Source of the DNA: Eledone cirrhosa
Lineage: Eukaryota
Length of the DNA stretch: 64,000 nucleotides
Assembly: GCA_964016885.1 (NCBI GenBank)
Contig: OZ024743.1
Coordinates: 223,448,001 to 223,512,000, forward strand
Direction: 5' to 3'
A program made the position numbers and the translations under genes. How positions within the stretch are numbered: the stretch's first letter is position 1; each line of letters opens with the position of its first letter. Shown here piece by piece: positions 46,225 through 57,996 of this stretch. The notes below the pieces were generated by a model. The model did no database searches. It was not told where the DNA came from and saw nothing but the letters and a program-made list of their open reading frames with translations.

Positions 46225-46465
46225 AATACAATATATAACAGTTTTACAAATAAGCTTTGACGTACCCTATTAAAATGCAACCATTATTTTTGGAAGCCAT
46301 CCGGATGAAATATGTATAATGAAATAAATATGGTTTTATAAAATATAGTTTCCATTTATTAATATCGTATATCTACTCCAAATACCTGTCGAGTGCTTTA
46401 TATCAGTTATAAAAATATTTACTTGTTGTATCCCAACAATTTTAAATAGAACTTTTGCATATATG

Positions 46466-46507
<42 letters not shown>

Positions 46508-46669
46508 CATCGTTTAACGTCCATCTTCCACGCTTGCATGGGTATATATACATATATATATATATAAATATATATATATACATATATATTTATATATATA
46601 AATATATATATATACATATATATTTATATATATAAATATATATATATACATATATATTTATATATATAT

Positions 46670-46701
<32 letters not shown>

Positions 46702-46725
46702 ATACATATATATTTATATATATAT

Positions 46726-46757
<32 letters not shown>

Positions 46758-46936
46758 ATACATATATATTTATATATATAAATATATATATATACATATA
46801 TAATTTATATATATAAATATATATATATACATATGCAAAAGTTTTATTTAAGATTGTTGGGTTACAACGAGTAAATATTTTATAACTGATATAAAAGCAC
46901 TCGACAGTTTCTGGAGTAGGTTTACGATATTAAACA

Positions 46937-47644
46937 ATATTAAACAAATGGAAACTATATTTATAAAACCATATTTATTTCGTTATATATATTTCTGGGA
47001 TATCATATTAAAAATATGTTATGCCTTCCTCAGACAAAATACAATACATAAGCTGTTTTATAATAATTAGTGACATACCTTTTGAGAATGCAGCTTCCTT
47101 TTAAAAAAGTTGATTTGGTAGTGAAACTGTTATGATAGTTATATAGAAAGAAAACGAAGATGAGAAGAAGAAGGTGAAGAGATGTATGTAAATAAAAAAG
47201 AAGAAGATGAAGAGATGTATGCAAAGAGAAAAGAGATGTATGTAAAGAAAAACAACGGAGCGAGATAGAGAGACAAGGATAGAGAGAAATACTATCTCTA
47301 TCCTTGTCTCTCTATCTCGCTCCGTTGTTTTTCTTTACATACATCTCTTTTCTCTTTGCATACATCTCTTCATCTTCTTCTTTTTTATTTACATACATCT
47401 CTTCACCTTCTTCTTCTCATCTTCGTTTTCTTTCTATATAACTATCATAACAGTTTCACTACCAAATCAACTTTTTTAAAAGGAAGTTGCATTCTCAAAA
47501 GGTATGTCACTAATTATTTATAAAACAGCTTATGTATTGTATTTTGTCTGAGTAAGGCATAACATATTTTTAATATGATATCCCAGAAATATATATAACG
47601 AAATAAATATGGTTTTATAAATATAGTTTCCATTTGTTTAATAT
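46937..47644. repeat. ~700-bp near-perfect palindrome (~350-bp arms, 9-nt loop at 47286-47294)
   Basis: Arms are reverse complements with only a few mismatches. Each carries a hammerhead-like motif (46980-47037 on minus, core CTGAGGA; 47544-47601 on plus, core CTGAGTA). Confidence 0.95.
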
Positions 47645-47817
47645 CGTATATATACATATATATTTATATATATATATATAAATATATATATGTAGGAGGT
47701 GAGTTTTATTGTAGTACAATAAAGCAATGCAGATATCGGATAAGAAGCACTCTACAGTTTGTAGGACTGGAGTATACATAATATAAGATCAAAAGATGGT
47801 TAAAGGAGTTCCATGTA

Positions 47818-47884
47818 TTTTATTATGCGCATTTCAAAAACAAACATCATCATGCAATAATATTTGTGTTTTCATCAGATAAAA
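47818..47884 (-). ncRNA. Type I hammerhead ribozyme motif, inverted twin of 48854-48920
   Basis: Reverse complement of the 48854-48920 motif. Confidence 0.8.
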
Positions 47885-48853
47885 CAGGAGAACATGATAT
47901 GAAGGCTAAAAAACACTTGTGGATAGTGCAGTTTTAAATCAACATATGAAAAGTGGTTTTAGATTGATGTGTGATATTGGGAAAAATATTTTATTTAGAG
48001 AGGGGGGTGGGGAGTGGAAAGGATGAAAAAGGGGAGGAGATGAGTTATTTTTTCTCTCTATCATAAAACTTTTTAATCTCAATTTCATCCTTAATTTATT
48101 ATTTTTTTCTCCCCATCAACGAACTCATTCTTAATACATATTAACTCTTTATTCGCACATATCAATTCCTTCAATATACAAACTTTAACTTCACATTATT
48201 TTTCTCAAATCCTTCTACACACAAACCTTAATTTTTTTTCTCTTTGTTAATTTTGAAATTGCCACAATACTTATCAACATACACTTTTTTTGACGTTAGA
48301 ATATTCATCCACAATTATTATTTTTTCTCTCTATCTTCATACATAAATTCCCTTCGTTAATTTTCAAATTCTTTTAATTTATACATTATCTTCCAACGGT
48401 TCTCAACCTCTCTATGTAAAACAATATATCTTTTCTCAGTTATAAAAACTCTCTCTTTCTCTCTATCACCCATCTCTCCCTCTCCACCTTCACTCTCATC
48501 TCCTCCCCCTTTTTTCATCCCCCCCCCTCCCTAAATAAAATATTTTTTCCTCGTACATATCTTCCCTTCGTTAATTTTCAAATTCTTTTAATTTATACAT
48601 TATCTTCCAACGGTTTTCAACCTCTCGATGTAAAACAATATATCTTCTCTCAGTTATAAAAACTATCTCTTTCTCTCTATCACCCATCTCTCCCTGTCAT
48701 CTCCTCCCCCTTTTTCATCCTTTCCACCCCCCCCCCTCTCTAAATAAAATATTTTTCCCAATATCACACATCAATCTAAAACCACTTTTCATATGTTGAT
48801 TTAAAACTGCACTATCCACAAGTGTTTTTTAGCCTTCATATCATGTTCTCCTG

Positions 48854-48920
48854 TTTTATCTGATGAAAACACAAATATTATTGCATGATGATGTTTGTTT
48901 TTGAAATGCGCATAATAAAA
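48854..48920 (+). ncRNA. Type I hammerhead ribozyme motif
   Basis: TTTTAT-CTGATGA-AAACACAAATATTATT(GCAT)GATGATGTTTGTTTTT-GAAAT-GCGC-ATA-ATAAAA: 6-bp stem I, 16-bp stem II, palindromic helix III, AUA site. Confidence 0.8.
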
Positions 48921-48960
48921 TACATGGAACTCCTTTAACCATCTTTTGATCTTATATTAT

Positions 48961-49201
48961 AAATATATATATATATACATATATATTTATATATACAAAT
49001 ATATATATATACATATATATTTATATATATAAATATATACATATATATTTATATATATAAATATATATATATATATGTATTTATATATACATATATATTT
49101 ATATATATAAATATATATATATATATGTATTTATATATACATATATATTTATATATACAAATATATATATATATATATATTTATATATACATATATATTT
49201 A

Positions 49202-49253
<52 letters not shown>

Positions 49254-50183
49254 CATATATATTTATATATACATATATATATATATATAAATATATATAC
49301 ATATATATATATATATAAATATATAAATATATATATATATATATAAATATATATATACATAAATATATATATACATATATATATATATACATATATATTT
49401 ATATATATAAATATATATATATATATATAAATATATATATATATACATATATATTTATATATATAAATATATATATATATATATAAATATATATATATAT
49501 ACATATATATTTATATATATAAATATATATATATATATATAAATATATATATATATACATATATATTTATATATATAAATATATATATATATATACATAT
49601 AAATATATATATATACATATATATTTATATATATAAATATATATATATATATACATATATATTTATATATATAAATATATATATATATACATATATATTT
49701 ATATATATATATATAAATATATATATATATAAATATATATATATATACATATATACATATAAATATATATACATATATATTTATATATATAAATATATAT
49801 ATATATACATATATATTTATATATATAAATATATATATATATACATATATATTTATATATATAAATATATATATATATACATATATATTTATATATATAA
49901 ATATATATATATATACATATATATTTATATATATAAATATATATATATATACATATATATTTATATATATAAATATATATATATATACATATATATTTAT
50001 ATATATATAAATATATATATATATACATATAAATATATATATAAATATATATATATATACATATAAATATATATGTAAATATATATATATATACATATAA
50101 ATATATATATAAATATATATATATATACATATAAATATATATATATACATATATATATATACATATAAATATATATATATACA

Positions 50184-50224
<41 letters not shown>

Positions 50225-50301
50225 ATACATATATATTTATATATAAATATATATATATACATATATATTTATATATAAATATATATATATATTTATATAT
50301 A

Positions 50302-50339
<38 letters not shown>

Positions 50340-50542
50340 CATATATATTTATATATATAAATATATATATATAAATATATATATATATACATATATATAT
50401 ATACATATATACATATAAATATATACATATATATATATACATATATACATATAAATATATACATATATATATATACATATATACATATAAATATATATAT
50501 ATATACATATAAATATATATATATACATATATATTTATATAT

Positions 50543-50603
<61 letters not shown>

Positions 50604-50607
50604 TATT

Positions 50608-50641
<34 letters not shown>
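48961..50641. repeat. TA satellite with TAAA/TACA/TTTA higher-order units
   Basis: ~36-bp unit ACATATATATTTATATATATAAATATATATATATAT repeated. Confidence 0.95.
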
Positions 50642-50642
<1 letters not shown>

Positions 50643-50703
50643 TAGAAAGTGAGGTTTTTTTTACAAAATGAAGAATAACCGAGGTGTCCTACACGAGTGA
50701 AAG

Positions 50704-50937
50704 TATAAAGAAAAAAAGATGAAATCGCAAATGCAACTGGAGTCTTATATTTTTTAGAAATATATATATTTATTTGGTTCCTTACATCTGTGAGAAAAAC
50801 CACAGACCCTCCATCTCAACTCTACTTTTGAAAAGCAGAAGAACTGCGAAACCGGTAAAGGAACCAAATAAATATATATATTTCTAAAAAATATAAGACT
50901 CCAGTTGCATTTTCGATTTCATCTTTTTTCTTTATAT
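50704..50937. repeat. Inverted repeat (~80-bp arms) adjoining a hammerhead variant
   Basis: TATAAAGAAAAAAAGATGAAATCG...GGTTCCTT paired with AAGGAACC...CGATTTCATCTTTTTTCTTTATA. Confidence 0.85.
50825..50860 (+). ncRNA. Minimal hammerhead motif with U3-A8 covariant core
   Basis: CTT-TTGAAAA-GCAG(AAGAA)CTGC-GAAAC-CG-GTA-AAG; a decayed paralog lies at 57079-57114. Confidence 0.6.
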
Positions 50938-50957
50938 ATATATATATATATATATAT

Positions 50958-51160
50958 AACAAAGGAATTGTGGTAAGGAACCAGATGGACCATAACGCAC
51001 CAGAGTACTCAATACTTAGGGTAGTAGAGTGGAAAATAAGAAAAAGTATGACCCCCGATGGCAGAGCTCAAGCCGTTTTGACGGCTATTTCTGGACTGAG
51101 GTCCAGAAATAGCCGTCGAAATGGCTTGAGCTCTGCCATCGGGGTCATACTTTTTCTTAT
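50958..51160. mobile_element. Hairpin-ended TA-flanked element, copy 2
   Basis: Opposite orientation to 1-183; hairpin with TGAG loop at ~51097-51100. Confidence 0.85.
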
Positions 51161-51185
51161 ATATATATATATATATATATATATA

Positions 51186-52478
51186 CGAGATGTGTCAGAA
51201 AAGTAACAGGACGTAATGTGCTGTATGAGCTATGAGTGGGGGTAGGGATTAGTGGGTTGCTCCCCATGTGATGTAATATCCAGGGCGTATATAACTGTGA
51301 TCTCAGCTCTCTGCAGCCATTGTATGTTTTTTCCTGTGCTTTTGTTAACAGCTCCTCAATTTTAGGTTGTCAAGCAATGGGTACAGAGCAATGAATCAAC
51401 CTGAAATTTCTGGTCCAACTTGGGAAAACTCTGTTAGAAGCACTGGGAATACTGCAGCAAGTGTATAGAGATGAGATGATGTCACGTTGACAGATTTTCG
51501 AGTGGCACAAAAGTTTCAAAGAGAGATGCAAGGACATGGAAGTTGACCCCAAGAACGGAAGGCCTTCAATGAGCAGGACTGAGGCCAACGTTCAATGTGT
51601 GAGGCAGGTGGTGTGTGGTGATCATTGGCCGACTGTTTGACTGATTAATAGTAGGCTGACCATGAACTCTGGCAGTGTTTGGAAGATAATCACTGAAGAT
51701 TTGGGCATGCAAAAGATGGTGCTGAAGCTGCTGGATGATGACCAGAAGGAGCAATGCATGCAGATGTGTCAGGACATCCTCAAGAATCTAGAAACCAAAC
51801 CAGATATGCTGGGTGTGTCATCACTGGTGATGAGACATGGATCTTCGAGTATGACCCAGAGACCAAGTGCCAGAACCTTCAGTGGATGAGTCCAGAGTCA
51901 CTGAGGCTGAAGAAAGCAAAATAGTTGAAGTCCAAAGTCAAACTCATGTTGATTATGTTGAGGCAAACTCATGTTGATGTGAGGGGCATCATCCACATAG
52001 AGTTCTTGCCACAGAGCCAGAATATCAACCAGCATGTCTACAAAGAGATCCTGCAGCATTTGCTTCATTCAGTGCACAAGAAGAGGGGAAAGTTGTGGCA
52101 GGACAACTCATGGCTGCTTCACCATGACAACGCACTGGCTCACTAAGCCCCGAGCATTCAGAAGAACATTGCTATGCTAGAACAACCTCCCTTCACACCA
52201 GACTTGGTTCTGTGTGAATTTTTTCCTTTTTTCCAAGTTCAAGAGGGTCATGAAGGGAGACTGTTTTCCAGAGAGGAAGCCATCAAGAGAGTTGTGATTG
52301 TGAGTTGTGGAGAACCCCGGGAGAATCCTTCCAGGAATGTATGAAGGCATGGTGGAGAAGGATGGGCAAGTGCATTAGACTTGAGGGGTATTATTTTGAA
52401 GGTGAAACATTTTAGTTTGTAGTTTGGATTTGAAATATCTTTTTTGTGAACCCAGTCCTATTTTTTTTCTGGCACACT

Positions 52479-52481
<3 letters not shown>
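51186..52481 (+). mobile_element. Full-length (~1.3 kb) decayed mariner transposon
   Basis: Imperfect TIRs (GTGTCAGAAAAGTAACAGGAC and GTCCTATTTTTTTTCTGGCACAC) with TA flanks. Frames show GRPS, TGDETWIFEYDPETK, KSKVKLMLI, WLLHHDNA and PDL, with stops and frameshifts. Confidence 0.93.
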
Positions 52482-52522
<41 letters not shown>

Positions 52523-53070
52523 TCTTACGGAATCACCTATATAACTCACCCACACACACACCCCAAAAAATTTTTTTTCTCCCACACACCACCTACACCC
52601 ACAACACGCTTAAACCCCACACACACGTGCTTTCCACCACATATTTACACCTTCAGCCTCCGGATTCCTCTCTCCCCACCCCTCTATCCACACACGCACA
52701 CACACTCCGACCTACACCCCACCCCACACACACCTCTTCCTGAACATGCAACCCCGTTCTTCCCCCAACCCTTGCTTTCACATACACACACACACCACCT
52801 TCAGCCCTCCCCACTCGGACACCCGTCTCCCTCTCCCCACTCCACCCGCCACCACCCCCACACCCTTCCACCACCTGTTTTACCCCTTTTTAATTTCAGT
52901 TTATTTTGATCATGCTTTTATATTTATTTTTATTTCATTTCATTTTATTTTGATCATGCTTTATTTTTATTTTTAATTTCATTCGCACCGTTTCCTCCCA
53001 CCCCCTTTTCGCTATATGTCTCTCCACCACTCCCCTACACACCCTTTGAACTCTCTTCCCACACACTTCT

Positions 53071-53104
53071 CACCTGAGGAAGGGCTTATGCCCGAAACGT
53101 CGTT
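53071..53104 (+). ncRNA. Minimal hammerhead ribozyme motif
   Basis: AC-CTGAGGA-A-GGGC(TTAT)GCCC-GAAAC-GTC-GT at the 3' end of a C/A-rich element (52521-53192) flanked by (TA)n; downstream GAGCGT..A motif as at 4170. Confidence 0.7.
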
Positions 53105-53212
53105 CCCCACCACCACCCCACTCTCCAGAGCGTGAAATTAATAAACATTCGTTGTACTGCCTCTCTGTTTTGTTCCTGTTCAAATTTTCCATTATATATA
53201 TATATATATATA

Positions 53213-53404
53213 TAGGAAAAAGTATGACCCCGACGGCAGAGCTCAAGCCGTTTCGACGGCTATTTCTGGACGAAATAGCTTTCAAAATGGCTTGAGCTCT
53301 GCCTTTGGGGTCATACTTTTTCCTATTTCCCACTCTACTACCCTAAGTATTGAGTACTCTGGTGCGTTATGGTCCATTTGGTCCCTTACCACAATTCCTT
53401 TGTT
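53213..53404. mobile_element. Hairpin-ended TA-flanked element, copy 3
   Basis: Same family as 1-183; hairpin tip partly deleted. Confidence 0.85.
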
Positions 53405-53408
53405 ATAT

Positions 53409-53459
<51 letters not shown>

Positions 53460-53816
53460 TATATATATAATATATATATATATATTTAGTATATATATAG
53501 TCAAAGAATTAGAAAGGAGAAAGAAAACTGTGTAGTGTGAGTGAAATATAATAAATCAATGGTAAAATGGGCCAGAACAAAAACAAACATTTCTACTCAT
53601 TAGATACCTATTCCAGACACATGGTTTTCAGTAGTGAGTACTACCGGAAAACTAATGTGTAACTAATGAGCAGACATGTTTTTGTTTTATCCTATTTTCC
53701 ACTGGTGTAGAGTGTATTTATATATTTAGGCCAATACTAAAGTTACATATTTTGCAACCTTTCAAATTGCCTGAAAAACTGTAGAATGTGAAACTCAAGG
53801 AGTGGCCCAAACCGCA

Positions 53817-53845
<29 letters not shown>

Positions 53846-53851
<6 letters not shown>

Positions 53852-53989
53852 TTAAGGCCAGTTACTACAACAGCACCATACCAGGTATGTACATTTCGTT
53901 AGTCCAGAGGACCAATGTGTTCAACTTGTGCAGAAGAAAAACGTATGTACCTGGTATAGTGCCATTGTAGTAACAGGCCTTAATAATTA
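53846..53989. repeat. Inverted repeat (~50-bp arms) abutting (TA)n
   Basis: TAATTATTAAGGCCAGTTACTACAACAGCACCATACCAGGTA paired with TACCTGGTATAGTGCCATTGTAGTAACAGGCCTTAATAATTA. Confidence 0.8.
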
Positions 53990-54059
53990 CATTAAAACTC
54001 ACTCTACAGACTTGATTTGCTCTATACCTTGGATATCTTTACCAAACTATTACTATTAC

Positions 54060-54118
<59 letters not shown>

Positions 54119-54120
<2 letters not shown>

Positions 54121-54478
54121 TAGGGTGTGGAAAAACCAGCTAGACCATAACCCACCAGAGTACTCGATACTTGGGGTAGTAGAGTTGGTAATATGAAAAG
54201 ATTCAGGACCCCGACAGCTGAGCTCCAGCTGTTTTGACAGCTAGATCTGAACTAAAGCACTAGTATTCGAGCAAAAACTGGCTCTTTAGTTCAGATCTCG
54301 CTGTCGAAACGGCCGGAGCCAGCAGTCGGGGTCCTGAATCTTTTCATATTACCCACTCTACTACCCCAAGTATCGAGTACTCTGTAGATTCCAGCCACTT
54401 GAATACTGGCGCCTTAGTTCAGATTTAGCTGTCGAAACGGCCGGAGCTTAGCTGTCGGGGTCCAGAATCTTTTCATAT
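54119..54478. mobile_element. Diverged relative of the hairpin-ended element, with an extra partial direct copy
   Basis: Shares CCAGAGTACTC.ATACTT.GGGTAGTAGAGT and GACCCCGAC.GC.GAGCT. IR arms ~54157-54258 and ~54286-54384; partial repeat 54410-54478. Confidence 0.75.
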
Positions 54479-54684
54479 ATATATATATTTCAGGGAAAGG
54501 TGTTTTTCTTTTAAATTTTTAATTGTTTTTTAAACATGACCTTTGACATAAGTTTGTTAATGTCTCTGAACCACAGCCATGGCACATTACTTATGAAGCA
54601 GTAAGAAATTAGAAAAGATTTTGGTATAGCCAAACCAAGAAAAAGAGTCCTTGTTTATCAGGTGACAAAAAGTGGCTGACCTAC

Positions 54685-54768
54685 CTGGACCATTGTAGGA
54701 AGCCGATAATCGAATAGATCCTTGAACCTCTTACGGAAAGGAACTGATACCAACACTTTATCCGACAT
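54685..54768 (-). CDS. Candidate alternative first coding exon (28 codons)
   Basis: MSDKVLVSVPFRKRFKDLFDYRLPTMVQ followed by CAG|GTAGGT donor, phase 0, with an upstream in-frame TGA. No homology recognised. Confidence 0.3.
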
Positions 54769-55104
54769 CAGTAAATATAGACATAATAACAATGTAGATA
54801 AATGATGAAACAGATGCAATCAAATTAGGTTGGGATTTTGAGGAAACAACAAAACACGCTAATCATTTATTTTCTTGTGGTGTGTGTGAATTTTGGGGTA
54901 GAGATTGATAATATTTTTGTTATAAATATATTTTTTGGGGGGTTTTTGCTTCGGTATATTTTTTTATATTTCTATAATGAAAGAACTTTAATCAATATTT
55001 TTTCTAATTCATAATATTACATATATAAGTTTCTATCACAGTTGTATAAAAAAAGGAAATATAATAATATAATATAAGGCTTACAGAATGAAAATATAAA
55101 CACA

Positions 55105-56330
55105 TATAATAAAGCATATAAATAAATTTACAGTAGAATAACATAGCAAATATGTTTTAAATAAATACACAAATAACATTACAAATGCATAAATAACATT
55201 ATAAATTGCTCGCAATTCTTTCAGAAGGATATATTCTTTTAATGTTGCAATATTAAAGAAAATATAATGGAAGGGGTGGACAACCGAACCACCACCAGAG
55301 CAAAAGACAGCAGCGTCGAGAGGAGTACCGGGGAAACCTCTCTAATGATTTTTGAGGCAAACCAGCATGCTCGCAGTGATGGTCAGGCTGATGTGCTGGA
55401 ACAACCAAGTGCCCTCGCAAGATTCGCCAGTTACCTCTATTAGGTGAGCCGCCAGTGAGGAGAGGAAACTCACAGTCAGCAACCCGACTCCCTTGAACTT
55501 TTTGAAAGCCACAGGCTGGAAAATGTAGCTGGCCGACAGATCACAGTATTTAAGGGTCTTACTCCGCTCGGCTGAGGAAGCTGTGGCTCTCATCCTAGGG
55601 TAAGGCTGTCAGGTCTTTTTCCGCCACTTCTGGACAACCCAGATGGTTCCAAGACTGAGGGGATGTTCGCCCAGGCCAAAGCTCTCTTGAGAATGAGGTT
55701 TAGCTCCATATGACGCACAAAGCGACCAGCATTCAGGCGGCAAGAAAGACTGTGGAGGCCTGTGGAGTTGAGGAGTTTGCCGCATCGACACCTCAAACCC
55801 ATGCTGACATCAGCTCCCACTCTGAGGCAATGGAGACACGAAGTTTGTCCAGGCTGAGTAGGCAGATAGTAAGCGGCACCTTGCAAACTGATCCGACTGG
55901 ACAAAGAGGGAGTCAAAGGTGGCCTTCGAACTTATGCTGTCCCAAGCTCTCTGACTTCGACTGTCCTCCACCTTCACAGGAAGAGACAAGCCCAACTCAC
56001 TCCATTGCTGGAGAGCTTCATCCAGCAATGGAGTGTTGGACTCTGGAGAGAGTCTAACATTAACCAGGTACTCGTGTCTCTCGAAGGTTAGGTCGTCGAA
56101 GCATTGGAGGCAGGATGGAAATCTATGCAAGGGGCTGACCCTGAGCAGATACAGAAGCTTAGGAATAGAAAGGTAGTTATCTGTTGGTGTTGAGAAGCCA
56201 GGTGGTTGAGGATCCAGAGCTCACATTTGGGGCTATTGACCTGGAGGCCCCAGCTGCCAAGCTCCTCAACCATTTTGTTAGCAGTAACGAGAACCATATC
56301 CGGAGTTGAGGTCCAATTGATTTGAATAAA
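55105..56330 (-). mobile_element. Decayed CRE-like LINE (RT thumb, CCHC finger and RLE remnants)
   Basis: GLQVNSPKCE, CRCG....GLHSLSC, RHMELN, EPSGLSRSGGKRPDSLTL, KYCDL...WLFQHISL; 3' UTR shared with 60470-60695. Confidence 0.8.
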
Positions 56331-56700
56331 ATGGTACACCTCTTTCCTTGATGCCCTAGGCATATATTTATTTTGCTTAATGGTTAATCCAGCTCTGTCT
56401 CAAAGTCCATTGAGCATTTGAGCTCAGTACTGTAAGTTAATGAAATACACAATAGCTATATACAATTGCTACACTGCTTCACAGTATAAACTGTGTACCT
56501 TACCATAGTACCTATTTACACTGAGATGAACTAAGTATTTGGTGGTTGGGTGTCATTGTCAGAGACACAGTGCAAGCTACAGTGGTGGAATAGAAACAGT
56601 TGGCAGCCAGCAATTTATCGATCCAGTCAACCAGAATTTTCACTTCCCCTTGAACATTGATTAGTTAGTTACATTAAAAGATTTCAATCTCACAATATGC

Positions 56701-56917
56701 TTAACCCTTTAGCCTTTAAACTGGCAGTATCCGGCCAGAATTCTCTCACCTGTTTCTGTTCAAACTGGTCATAACTGGCCACTCATATTGATGTTAAGGT
56801 ATTGTTCTCAAAATAAATATTATCAAAATCTCATAGATTCGATATTATGTGAGATAAAGCCTTTACCATGAAAATACAATGGTAAAATATAGAGTAAAGC
56901 AAATGCTAAAGATTTAA
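56701..56917. mobile_element. piggyBac-like MITE family 1, opposite orientation
   Basis: TTAA-CCCTTTAGC...AAATGCTAAAGAT-TTAA. Confidence 0.8.
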
Positions 56918-57170
56918 AGTATTCTCAATGAACATCTGGAATTTCTCACAGATAACCCACCCCACAACATCCACTATTAATTAAGAGTTTTCGAATAGGT
57001 ATTTGTACACTACAAAGTTTAAATTTAAAAAGTATATATATATACGAGAAAAACCACAAACACTCCATCTCAATTCTACTTTTGAAAAGCATAAGGACTG
57101 TGAAACCAGTAAAGGAAACAAATAAATATTCTTAAAAAGACTCCAGTTGCATTTTCGATTTCATTTCCTT

Positions 57171-57234
<64 letters not shown>

Positions 57235-57996
57235 CATACATATATATATATATACACATACATATATTATTTGTATATATAGACAGATTTGACATATACA
57301 AATCTACTTACTATTGATAAACTCCCCATATGACAGTATATAAATCTCAGTGCTGTAATTGAAGTATTTGATCTAATTTCTTTTGCTATATTTATAGTCA
57401 AGTTCTTTGTACTTTATTTAGTCAATCTTTAAGCAAGAACAATCAGTAGACCATTGCAACATCATCAGCAACAATAAGACTTTTATATACTTAATAAGAA
57501 TTACAGAGTATTTTACATCAAAGCAGTGAGATAATATTTCTATAGGAAATAACTAGACCTTTGGGCTATTCTACATATATAGTTGTTGATACAAAGGAAT
57601 CTTTGGAAGTTGGAGCTGACTAGAAATGGAAGTGTTTTTTCTTAATATAGTTGAAAGAAATTATAAATGATACAAAATATAACCAGCTTACTGTTGTCTT
57701 CCGACTCTTTTCATTTAGTTTCACGCTGCTATTTAGGACCTATTCTTTATCTTTAATAAAACATATTCGATACAACAAATAAATATATAAAACTAGTATA
57801 TAATGTCCCCCAGAGTTCATTGTGCATTTTGGGGCAGTCATTGGTGATGATGATAAATATAGAGAGGCTTTGGTATAACTGACTAAATCTAAATGTTTTT
57901 TAAATAGTAAAAATGCCTAATTAAAACTATGGAATTACACATTAACTTTTAACATCCTGTAATGATTTATCAGAAAATATCTATGTTTATGCAAGT

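Larger units (their letters stand above)
47778..48960. mobile_element. Fold-back element with ~265-bp inverted arms, each holding a hammerhead
   Basis: 47778-48045 is the reverse complement of ~48697-48960; internal direct repeat ~48350-48550 and ~48563-48757. Confidence 0.8.

Noticed and set aside
52424-52976. Pro/His/Thr-rich ORFs
   Set aside because: Low-complexity C/A-rich repeat sequence upstream of the 53071 ribozyme motif.
54685-54768. Resemblance of LFDYRLPTMV to the P2X receptor N-terminus
   Set aside because: Too short, lacks the YxTxK motif, and no further P2X exons were seen.
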